Positions 9,766-17,599 of a stretch of 61,474 nucleotides of DNA are shown piece after piece (the first letter of the stretch is position 1; every line of letters starts with the position of its first letter). The stretch is taken from the IMG/VR virus record IMGVR_UViG_3300028595_000010, one strand, 5' to 3'. The translations under genes and the position numbers were made by a program. Source of the stretch: an uncultured virus (IMG/VR IMGVR_UViG_3300028595_000010). Its lineage: Duplodnaviria; Heunggongvirae; Uroviricota; Caudoviricetes. Under the pieces are notes generated by a model. The model was not told where the DNA came from, did no database searches, and worked only from the letters and a program-made list of their open reading frames with translations.

Positions 9766-10485
9766 TTACGCAAAAGCCATATTCTTAGAGATAATCTCCA
9801 TGATGGTTTCTTGCGTCAACAGGCCAGGTACAGTGATGTAACTTTTCCCGTTTTTGATTTCAAGTACCGCAGTACCGTTAGCCGATGCTTCAGTGATAGC
9901 ATCCAATCGATCTTGGAGCTGCTGATTCTTCAGCGTGAGTTCTGCGATGATAGTTGCATCAGTCTTTTCAGACGTATCCTTCTCGTGCGGAGGCCGAACA
10001 TTGTTGCTGAGCATTTGCTCTAGCCGTATCTTCTGAGCTTCCACTGAAAGAATCGATGCCCTGTCATAGACCATCTTGAAATCAGCAGAACTCATTTCAA
10101 GATAGTTTTTGGTGACAACAACTGCAGTTCCTTCCGATGTGCTTTGAACTACATTGAACTTCTCATCCTTGACAACGTACTGGATCTGGTCTTCAACCGG
10201 TAGCCGAGACAGATATTGGAACGTCGTATAGGACACGAAGAACAGATCTGGAATCGCTTGCTTGCGCCCGATCTTTTCGAGACGCTCGAACATGGTCTTG
10301 GGATGACGTTTGTATGCAATCTCGACAAGAAATTGCCTAGTCTCCTTTGGCTTTTTCTCAAGGCAGATGACGTACTTGTCTCCTGCAACCTGAACATCAT
10401 CTTGCAGTTTTTCCATTGCCTTGATAAGGGCAACGATCTCCTGACATTTCCACGCAGGAGCCTTTTCGGTTTTCTTTGTTGACAT
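9766..10485 (-). CDS. hypothetical protein
   Basis: AAGGAG/GAGG RBS; 239 aa. Confidence 0.75.
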   Translation of the reverse strand: MSTKKTEKAPAWKCQEIVALIKAMEKLQDDVQVAGDKYVICLEKKPKETRQFLVEIAYKRHPKTMFERLEKIGRKQAIPDLFFVSYTTFQYLSRLPVEDQIQYVVKDEKFNVVQSTSEGTAVVVTKNYLEMSSADFKMVYDRASILSVEAQKIRLEQMLSNNVRPPHEKDTSEKTDATIIAELTLKNQQLQDRLDAITEASANGTAVLEIKNGKSYITVPGLLTQETIMEIISKNMAFA

Positions 10486-11876
10486 GTCCTCTTTCTCCTT
10501 TTGGGTTGAGGTTCAGTTTCTTCTAGGTATTCTAATAACATGGACATTGTTTCTTGCACTTTAAACATCTCATCAGTCATCATTAATCTTACTGACGACT
10601 TATGAGATTTTCCTTTATATGAAGGCATGGATGCCCTAATTCTATTAGTACATTTAGGGCAGGTACCATTTAGCTCTTCATATTTACTTTGATGGGTCAA
10701 TTTTCCATAACTACCACAATACTTACAATTTCCTATAGGGCAGGCGTTTGCAACATATCGTTTCTTCAAACAGGAGGGACAACAAGGACTTATATTTTTA
10801 TCCCACCACCATGATATGGTTAACTCATCAGAGTACTCACGACAGAATTCACATATTCCATGTTTCAATTCTTCTCTACAGTTTGAACACAATCTCCCAG
10901 ATCTAGATATATCTTCTTTATCTTTTTGAATGTATTCTTTACATCTAGAGCATATACACCCTAAGGATCTTTCTTCTATAATCCTAGATTTACATGCATC
11001 ACAATGTCCTTGATATTTTCCTGTCGCAAATAACTTTTTGGTTTTCTTACATCGTTTACATGTTACGAGACTATTAGTCTCGTAACATGTAACACAGATA
11101 TGACCATTTGTGTATTGACTACGAGCTCCTTGTTTTTTATATTTTACACTCATCTCTTGTTCACATATTGAACATCGAAAGGTTTCTTTGTGTTTCTTTT
11201 CTCGATTCAGAGTTGCTGTAATACAATTCTGACAATATCCTTTCCACTTTCCAATAATTGTTAAGCGGATCTTGGTTCGGCCACATCCTTTACAAGGTTT
11301 GCTTTTTAAGGATTCAATACATGATTTACACAGATTGTGTTTTCCATATGCTCCAGACGGTTTTTCCATTCTGGACTTTTCTTCATGACAATGAGAGCAT
11401 ATGAAAGTAGTAGAAAAATCTCCGCTCTTGTGAGCTCTCTGGTAGCATTTATCACAAAACCCGAATCCTTTAATATTCTTTCCCGTTCTGACATTGCCAG
11501 TTACCTCATTACACATACGGCAAGGACCATTTTTTATCCTATCATAACATTCTTGACAAATAGTGCCAGATCTTGCTAATGTGTTAGTTGGTGTTCCTTT
11601 TCCGCAATGCTCACAATATGGGCTTCCTCCTGTACTCCTTCTTTGATAACAAGCACTACATAATTTACGATTATATTTTGTGTTAACAAAAACAGGATGA
11701 AGTTGTCCACAATCTTCACATATATCAGTAGGGCGTCTTCGTTTTGCAAGACTTTCTTCTTTTAATGAAGGATAGCATTTTGTTTTACATACATAAGCAT
11801 TTACTCCACGATACATTCCTATTATATCGTGAGACCCGCAGATTTCACATATACCAGGTTCTTTAAGCCAATACAT
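10149..11876 (-). CDS. multi-CxxC (poly zinc-ribbon) protein
   Basis: About 21 CxxC motifs in paired spacing; AAGGAG RBS; last 337 nt overlap the next gene. Confidence 0.75.
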   Translation of the reverse strand: MYWLKEPGICEICGSHDIIGMYRGVNAYVCKTKCYPSLKEESLAKRRRPTDICEDCGQLHPVFVNTKYNRKLCSACYQRRSTGGSPYCEHCGKGTPTNTLARSGTICQECYDRIKNGPCRMCNEVTGNVRTGKNIKGFGFCDKCYQRAHKSGDFSTTFICSHCHEEKSRMEKPSGAYGKHNLCKSCIESLKSKPCKGCGRTKIRLTIIGKWKGYCQNCITATLNREKKHKETFRCSICEQEMSVKYKKQGARSQYTNGHICVTCYETNSLVTCKRCKKTKKLFATGKYQGHCDACKSRIIEERSLGCICSRCKEYIQKDKEDISRSGRLCSNCREELKHGICEFCREYSDELTISWWWDKNISPCCPSCLKKRYVANACPIGNCKYCGSYGKLTHQSKYEELNGTCPKCTNRIRASMPSYKGKSHKSSVRLMMTDEMFKVQETMSMLLEYLEETEPQPKRRKRTCQQRKPKRLLRGNVRRSLPLSRQWKNCKMMFRLQETSTSSALRKSQRRLGNFLSRLHTNVIPRPCSSVSKRSGASKRFQICSSCPIRRSNICLGYRLKTRSSTLSRMRSSM

Positions 11877-11903
11877 AGCAATTCTCCTTTGCTTAATAGA
11901 TTA

Positions 11904-12008
11904 TATTCAAATAGGTATATATTTAGTATCCTCTATCCTATCCCAAGCACCGCAGATAACGTCCATATAAAGAACAAATATAAAATCCACTACGGAGTTT
12001 CCAATATG
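11904..12008. repeat. about 100-bp divergent-promoter module, copy 1
   Basis: Near-identical to 14989-15090; contains TATATATTTAG, GCACCGCAG, GAACAAA and GGAG. Confidence 0.85.
11972..11978 (+). promoter_or_regulatory. GAACAAA promoter-like motif (representative)
   Basis: Intergenic copies: plus 988, 3463, 11972, 15056, 15727, 28753, 37788; minus 27784, 31362, 33620, 37757, 41439, 43359, 44565, 44865, 47564, 58727; each points into a gene or tRNA. Confidence 0.7.
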
Positions 12009-12482
12009 TCATTACATAAATTACCCATTCACATTTTATTCGAATCCGACTCATTAGAGAATTTAGATGAAGGTGATATTGGTAGAGCATACAATAAAGA
12101 ATTTTCCAGACATAGTCAAGATCCTGCATTACGTCAACAAGGAAGAAATTATTTAACCAAGCAAATTAAAGATGTAAGACGTAATGTTGTTAGAAAAGGA
12201 GCTAATAGCACATTCGGTTATCATCATTCTAAGCCTCCTGGTCGTCCAGAATATGGTAAAGGACAAAGAAGAGCTATAGGAAAGACAGCAGCCAGAAATG
12301 CTTTAAATCCTTCCAGAGAAGAAAAATATCCCTTACATGATAGAATCACAGGTGGGGATAAAGATAATCCTCGTAAAAGCGAAAGACACCCTACTAATAT
12401 TCAAAACCAAAAAGATAAAGAAAGATCCAAAAGAATAAAATCTAAGGCATTCAAAAATAAGCCTAATGAAGGATATTGGTAA
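12006..12482 (+). CDS. very basic IPxxILFE-leader protein
   Basis: Start reassigned to MSLHKLPIHILFESDSLENLDE. Confidence 0.8.
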   Translation: MSLHKLPIHILFESDSLENLDEGDIGRAYNKEFSRHSQDPALRQQGRNYLTKQIKDVRRNVVRKGANSTFGYHHSKPPGRPEYGKGQRRAIGKTAARNALNPSREEKYPLHDRITGGDKDNPRKSERHPTNIQNQKDKERSKRIKSKAFKNKPNEGYW

Positions 12483-12485
12483 TTA

Positions 12486-13106
12486 ATGTCTATCCACAGC
12501 ATTCCCATTGAAGTTCTCTTTGAATCTTACATATTCAGTGACAAGACTGTTAGCTGCGACTTGTCAAAATGGGGAAGGGATAAGAATACTTTATTCATAG
12601 TTGGTCTTCCTGGATCTGGTAAGTCTACATTGGGACAAGCGATGGCAAAAAAATACAATGCGGAATATTATGGTCTAGATAAATTATGGATCGATGTAAT
12701 AAAAAAGGATCATCCAGATTTTGATCCTTGGAAAGATAAAAAAGACCCAATGGATCCAAGAACCTTTGACAGGAAGTCAATAGTTGTAATAAAGGATAAG
12801 ATGAAATCTTCTCCCAAACTAATCCTTGAGGGTGTTCAGATTGTAGAATACTGGTTACAGGAACCGTCATTCAGAAAAATGATTAGTCCATACCCATGTA
12901 TCATATTAGGAGAGTCTATTCTTAAATCAGGATGGAGATCTATAAAACGACAAATGAACAACAAGCCACCACCAGGAGAGGATGATTCATGGTGGCAACA
13001 TTTCAAATGGATGAGAAATTATAAATACTTCAATAGAGAACTTAATTATTTCAGAGAAGAGCGTCTTGCAGTTCCTGGCACAGAGGTGAAGGAATTTAAA
13101 GTATGA
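12486..13106 (+). CDS. P-loop (NMP-kinase-like) protein with IPxxILFE leader
   Basis: FIVGLPGSGKST Walker A; LILEG; leader MSIHSIPIEVLFE. Confidence 0.8.
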   Translation: MSIHSIPIEVLFESYIFSDKTVSCDLSKWGRDKNTLFIVGLPGSGKSTLGQAMAKKYNAEYYGLDKLWIDVIKKDHPDFDPWKDKKDPMDPRTFDRKSIVVIKDKMKSSPKLILEGVQIVEYWLQEPSFRKMISPYPCIILGESILKSGWRSIKRQMNNKPPPGEDDSWWQHFKWMRNYKYFNRELNYFREERLAVPGTEVKEFKV

Positions 13107-13429
13107 TACATACTATCCCTCTTGAAGTTCTCTTTGAGTTTACGGATAGAAGTAAACTTCCTTATCGCCGTAGTAGCAAATGTATTCTTACTATGCCAGA
13201 TGGGAAGATTGTGGCACGAATAAGTCACAAGAATAAATATGTGGTATTTCCTGGAGGAGGAGTCGATCCAGGAGAAACATTGGAACAGTCGGTGAAGAGA
13301 GAATGCTTGGAAGAGGCTGGAGCTATTATAGATGGCCGGATAAAAGTATTCAATGTATTCAGATTCGATTGGTGGGAAGGATGGGCAACCAATGATAAGA
13401 TGAGAAGAAGATATGAGAAACTCCACTAA
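13103..13429 (+). CDS. Nudix hydrolase with IPxxILFE leader, probably C-terminally truncated
   Basis: Nudix box PGGGVDPGETLEQSVKRECLEEAG; leader MIHTIPLEVLFE. Confidence 0.8.
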   Translation: MIHTIPLEVLFEFTDRSKLPYRRSSKCILTMPDGKIVARISHKNKYVVFPGGGVDPGETLEQSVKRECLEEAGAIIDGRIKVFNVFRFDWWEGWATNDKMRRRYEKLH

Positions 13430-13673
13430 ATCGCCCTGCAAGAAAAGCCTTATATGGTAAAGGTGTAGATCCATTTTCTAGAAGAGCTGCCGCAGGAATG
13501 GTAGCAGGAGACGCAGGTAGAAGAGGAGAAGAAGCAAGAGTAGCTCGTCTAAAAAAGAGCAGCTAAAAAGATTTTTTAAGGACTTCTTATTAAAGTGTGA
13601 GAAGTCCTTCTCATTGGAGTTTAGTAAACAAAAAAAGAGCCAAGGAGATAATCTCTCAAGGCTCTAAAGGATT

Positions 13674-14963
13674 CTATTCATCTTGATGAGTGACGGTTCG
13701 AGACTCGGATGATATCCCAACCCAGCATCCTTTTACAAATACTGTTTTCGGATTACCATACTCATCTCTCTTATACCGATCACTCTTCAGAATCCTTATG
13801 CACCATGTTCGATAATGGGGCCGTTTCGATGAAACAACAACATCAACATCATCTCTACTATTTTTATTTGCCTCCTTTTCATCCAAAGCGTTGATTCTGG
13901 AGATTTTTGCTTGGATGATTTTAGAAACAGGTAGTGTATATCCTGTTTCCAGTTTGTCCGGGAACGTCAGGACATAGATGTTAAGAGCTAATGTTAACCT
14001 GAAACTGTAGAACATTAGCTTGATTTTTTCTTCGTCGACCCGATAATCAGATTTACATCCGACCATCTCCTTGAACTCATCAAGAAGGAGATGGTTCTTC
14101 TTTGCATCCGTTATCTTATTCTGGACAGATCTATATAGATCTGTCCGCTTCACTTCGTCAGGAAGATCTTGTATCTCTTCCTCCATTTTGTTCAGATCAT
14201 GTGTCTCATTGGAAGCATCGTCACATATTTCAAGTATGTACTTTCTGAATCTCCGCAAGTCATTAAGCACATGAAAATCGGCTACTGGGAGAATCATGTA
14301 TCTGCCTTTACAATGATCGGATTCGAGCAAAATAGCCGACGGCAATGAGAAGCAGATCACTCCGATGTAAGCTCTAAGAAGATCCTCATCGATAGTTGAT
14401 CTGCTTCTACACAGACTGATGTATTTCTTAAGATCTAAGGAATCTTCTTCCTTAGATATTCCAACGAAATGAACATTGTATCCAGTCAATTCAATTCCAT
14501 CATAAACAATTCCCTTAGGTAAAGCCACAGAGTAGTGATTCCGATAAGGGATGGAGTATGCATCGGTGTAGTTGAACTTGGCATTCAACAATGTTCCTAC
14601 CAATTCCTTGCATTGAGGATAAAGTACATGATTGCCATGTTTTAACTGTTGCCATGAACCAAAGTCTCCAGCCGCTAGTAATGCGGTTGTAGACTTATCA
14701 TCCTTGACGGGGCTACCAGAAGTCAGAAACTCTGCATAGAGTGCCACATTCAAATCGATAGGGTTGTTGGAAGGGATATTCGAAAATATATCCCTAAATT
14801 TGAACAGTGACTTTGGAGGAACATATTCCTCCAAAATTCTGTTGTTGAAGAATGAGATTTCATTCTTATCGTTGGGTAGTTGTTTAAGAATCTCGACTCG
14901 CTTTACGCGGTTCTTTCTGTTCTTTCTGTTCTGGCGACGCTGGGCTTTAGTTTTCTTCATCAC
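13674..14963 (-). CDS. hypothetical phage protein
   Basis: 429 aa; basic N-term; C-term KRPHYR...VKGCWVG; flanked by the promoter motif and a terminator. Confidence 0.75.
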   Translation of the reverse strand: MMKKTKAQRRQNRKNRKNRVKRVEILKQLPNDKNEISFFNNRILEEYVPPKSLFKFRDIFSNIPSNNPIDLNVALYAEFLTSGSPVKDDKSTTALLAAGDFGSWQQLKHGNHVLYPQCKELVGTLLNAKFNYTDAYSIPYRNHYSVALPKGIVYDGIELTGYNVHFVGISKEEDSLDLKKYISLCRSRSTIDEDLLRAYIGVICFSLPSAILLESDHCKGRYMILPVADFHVLNDLRRFRKYILEICDDASNETHDLNKMEEEIQDLPDEVKRTDLYRSVQNKITDAKKNHLLLDEFKEMVGCKSDYRVDEEKIKLMFYSFRLTLALNIYVLTFPDKLETGYTLPVSKIIQAKISRINALDEKEANKNSRDDVDVVVSSKRPHYRTWCIRILKSDRYKRDEYGNPKTVFVKGCWVGISSESRTVTHQDE

Positions 14964-14988
14964 GAAATCTCCGGAATTTAAGTTGTGG

Positions 14989-15090
14989 TATTCAAATAGG
15001 TATATATTTAGTATCCACTATCCTATCCCAAGCACCGCAGGTAACACCATAATAAGAACAAATATAAAATCTTACGGAGTTACCATAATG
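14989..15090. repeat. about 100-bp divergent-promoter module, copy 2
   Basis: Near-identical to 11904-12008. Confidence 0.85.
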
Positions 15091-15684
15091 GCCATTCATC
15101 AAATTCCTCCAGAAGTTCTTTTCGAATTTTCATTACCATGGAAAAAGAAAAAGAACAAAGAAAATCCTGCATACAAAATAAGCTATAATCCAATCGACTT
15201 CGATAAGTATCTACAGTTCACATTCAAGGCCTGCAAAGACCTAAAGAAATGTATAAAAGGATTCGGCAATCAAGTTAACATGAAAAATGATATGGATGTG
15301 TTTTATTCAACAAGTAAGATTTCAATATACGGTGCAATAGGGATAGACGTATGGACTCCAGTCAATTTAAAGAAAGCAGATGAAGTCTACAAAGAAACTG
15401 GAAACAGTATGGATTTTCATCAGACCTTACACGATATCCATTATGAGATCTTCAATAAATGCTTCATGGGTGTTGCCAAGAAATATAAGATGCAGAAGAT
15501 AGGGACTACAACTACCATCGCTCTCCTAAATAAGAAAAAAGAAATGATCATCGAATTCACTCTAGAATCAGATCATAAAGCAAGAGATGGTGCTCTATCA
15601 ATTATGTGGTATGGTAAACATGATGGAGACGATGATAACTATAGTAAGTCGTCTAAGATAGAAAAAGTTCTATCCAGAATTTAA
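15088..15684 (+). CDS. IPxxILFE-leader protein
   Basis: Start reassigned to MAIHQIPPEVLFE. Confidence 0.8.
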   Translation: MAIHQIPPEVLFEFSLPWKKKKNKENPAYKISYNPIDFDKYLQFTFKACKDLKKCIKGFGNQVNMKNDMDVFYSTSKISIYGAIGIDVWTPVNLKKADEVYKETGNSMDFHQTLHDIHYEIFNKCFMGVAKKYKMQKIGTTTTIALLNKKKEMIIEFTLESDHKARDGALSIMWYGKHDGDDDNYSKSSKIEKVLSRI

Positions 15685-15788
15685 TAGGCACCGCAGGAAA
15701 CGCTCGATCCCAAACACTCAACACTGGAACAAATAAACCCATAAAAGGAATTTTCTTATTAACCAAACAAAAGGAGTTATTAAGCTCT

Positions 15789-15906
15789 ATGAGTATACCA
15801 CAAGAATGGATATTTCTGTCATACACATAGGGCTAGAAGCAAATCAAAACCTAGTCCTTCCAAGATCACTAAGACAGAGTTAAAGTTCATTTCTTCCACA
15901 GGATAA
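15789..15906 (+). pseudogene. deleted and frameshifted paralog of 7138..7389
   Basis: MSI then, out of frame, HKNGYFCHTHRARSKSKPSPSKITKTELKFISSTG*, matching the C-terminus of 7138..7389. Confidence 0.8.
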
Positions 15907-15958
15907 TCTAAGGAAAAAAAGAGCTAAGTAAGTAACACTTAGCTCGGCTCTTTAATAG

Positions 15959-16390
15959 TTACGTCCCAAGAGTCTTCTTCCGTTTTGCGGCTGACTCTAA
16001 AGCTACCATGAGAGTAGCCTGGTTCGTAACTGATTTTGCATGAGCTGCTTTTTGCTCATTGGTGAGGTTTCCGACATCCACATTCATCTGCCGACGATGT
16101 GCTCTATACATCTTACGAATAGCACATCGAAAGGATTTGTCATTGTAGTCGACAGCTTCAGAATCCGTAAGAATTCTTAAGCCATTGTCTTCACTCTTAA
16201 TCGTTGGAATCCTACCAGTTTCCTTGTAGATATCCCTTTCGAGTCGAGCCTTCAATGCCATTAAGATGAAACTATATTCCCTGTCAGTCGGAGGTTCATC
16301 GAGTTTGAGTTCCTCAAGAATTGTCGACTTAGGAATGTAAGAACCTTTGGTCTTTGGAAAACCAGCAACTGCAGTTGTGGTTTTGGCCAT
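15959..16390 (-). CDS. 143-aa accessory protein coupled to the RAMP-like gene
   Basis: TAATG stop/start overlap at 16388-16392; GGAGG RBS; ends at a terminator near 15914-15952. Confidence 0.8.
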   Translation of the reverse strand: MAKTTTAVAGFPKTKGSYIPKSTILEELKLDEPPTDREYSFILMALKARLERDIYKETGRIPTIKSEDNGLRILTDSEAVDYNDKSFRCAIRKMYRAHRRQMNVDVGNLTNEQKAAHAKSVTNQATLMVALESAAKRKKTLGT

Positions 16391-16992
16391 TACGCCACCT
16401 CCAGAATCGTGAATCTTCCATGTTTTGGACGCCAGGTTCCCATTCCACACTGCTGCCCACAGAGCTCAATGCTCTGCTTCACAGATGCGATATCCATGAT
16501 GTCAGTATTGATAGACATTTTGAATTTCAAAGACCACACTGGGAAGTATGGACGAGTCCTAATTACAGAAGAGGTTCCTCCGACTTTGCAATCAGTGACC
16601 AGTCTGTAGTTCGGATCAGCGTGGAGCTCGGACAAGGATTTTCCTTTATCCGGGAAGATCAGTTCTGCATCTTCTTCGACGAAACACGCAGCCGGGAATT
16701 GCTTTCCCATTTTGATCTTCTTGGATCCTGAGCGAATGGCGGCTTCGATATGCAAAGACGGAAGAATAATCTTTGCATCATCGATGATTGCACCAGGATG
16801 AATTTCTGGATTGGTATACAGATATGCATACCATTCGGTGTCGGAAATGTCCTGATGGATCTCATCAGTCTTATTCCGAATCTTGGTCAGTTCCTTGAGC
16901 GCCTTAGTCCAGTCGTTCAAGGGGTTCTTGGTTGTGCCACTGTGAATGATCAGAGGACTGATCCCTTCGATGTGGATGTTCAGTGTTTCCAT
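16390..16992 (-). CDS. Cas7/RAMP-like RNA-binding protein (200 aa), candidate guide-RNA effector
   Basis: N-term IHIEGISPLIIHS; LPSLHIEAAI; RTRPYFPVWSLKF; C-term Gly-rich loop GQQCGMGTWRPKHGRF; AGGA RBS before METLN. Confidence 0.7.
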   Translation of the reverse strand: METLNIHIEGISPLIIHSGTTKNPLNDWTKALKELTKIRNKTDEIHQDISDTEWYAYLYTNPEIHPGAIIDDAKIILPSLHIEAAIRSGSKKIKMGKQFPAACFVEEDAELIFPDKGKSLSELHADPNYRLVTDCKVGGTSSVIRTRPYFPVWSLKFKMSINTDIMDIASVKQSIELCGQQCGMGTWRPKHGRFTILEVA

Positions 16993-17020
16993 TGTGGGGT
17001 TTCCTATCTTGTTGTGAAGG

Positions 17021-17080
17021 GGGTTACCGGATGGCGAACAGAAAACCTTTCCATTCATCTCTATTCCTATCCGGTAACCC
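17021..17080 (-). ncRNA. pentamer-repeat unit A (6 pentamers within a 12-bp inverted repeat)
   Basis: Minus strand ccGGA taGGA atAGA gaTGA atGGA aaGGT; flanks GGGTTACCGGAT/ATCCGGTAACCC. Confidence 0.55.
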
Positions 17081-17103
17081 ACGTTCATTAAAGAAATTAT
17101 TAT

Positions 17104-17190
17104 AAAAGGACCGTTTCGATAAGATAGAGAGTATGTCCATTCCATTCCTCTCCTGTCATATCAGCTCATATCAGCTCTAATCCGGTCCTC
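17104..17190 (-). ncRNA. pentamer-repeat unit B (11 pentamers)
   Basis: Pentamers at 17136-17190; AGGACCG/CGGTCCT closing stem; U-tract. Confidence 0.65.
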
Positions 17191-17198
17191 AAAATTTT

Positions 17199-17294
17199 AA
17201 AAGAGCCCCTCCGTAGAAAGGCTCGGAATGCACCTCCGGGCAGATCATCTCCCGTGACTTCCTGTCCTATCACTTCTGCTCCAATCCGCGCACT
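17199..17294 (-). ncRNA. pentamer-repeat unit C (13 pentamers plus 3' hairpin)
   Basis: Pentamers at 17230-17294; GAGCC/GGCTC hairpin and U-tract. Confidence 0.65.
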
Positions 17295-17326
17295 CCCAAA
17301 ATTCAGTATCGATCCTATTAAAAGCT

Positions 17327-17418
17327 AAAAGAGTCCTTTCGAAAAAGGACTCATGTCTTCCACTCATGTCATCACCATTCTCATCCAATCCTTTCTTCTC
17401 CTTTCATGACCAAACCAA
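17327..17418 (-). ncRNA. pentamer-repeat unit D (12 pentamers plus 3' hairpin)
   Basis: Pentamers at 17359-17418; GAGTCCTTT/AAAGGACTC hairpin and U-tract. Confidence 0.65.
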
Positions 17419-17428
17419 GGGAAAATTT

Positions 17429-17532
17429 AAAAGAGGATGTCAAAATTAATTGGCATCCTCTAACCTTTCATTTCATCTCCAGTCCATTCATCGCATCTCT
17501 AATCATCTCATCTCAGCTCCGTTCAACTCCAA
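17429..17532 (-). ncRNA. pentamer-repeat unit E (14 pentamers plus 3' hairpin)
   Basis: Pentamers at 17463-17532; 12-bp hairpin at 17432-17461 and U-tract. Confidence 0.65.
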
Positions 17533-17588
17533 TGAGTAATTAGGAATACTCTTTTTATGAGTGAATGTTTCAGGAGATATCAATTAGA

Positions 17589-17599
17589 TATATATTTAG
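17589..17599 (-). promoter_or_regulatory. CTAAATATATA motif upstream of the pentamer array/RAMP locus
   Basis: Exact copy of the motif about 55 nt upstream of unit E. Confidence 0.7.

Noticed and set aside
14764..15087. Long N-terminal extensions of leader-family ORFs (also 11829-12005 and 5953-6045)
   Set aside because: They cross promoter modules or antisense genes; the conserved leader defines the downstream starts.
7286..15906. Diversity-generating retroelement (template/variable repeat pair) from the 7138/15789 duplication
   Set aside because: Differences are not confined to adenines and are largely synonymous; no reverse transcriptase is seen in the window.
16993..17145. N-terminal 51-aa extension of the RAMP-like ORF in the track
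   Set aside because: It runs through repeat units A and B; an RBS and the RAMP-like first strand support a start at 16992.
17021..17532. Classical CRISPR array next to a Cas7-like gene
   Set aside because: No identical 23-47 bp repeats with unique spacers; the hairpins differ between units and the conserved element is a 5-nt phase.
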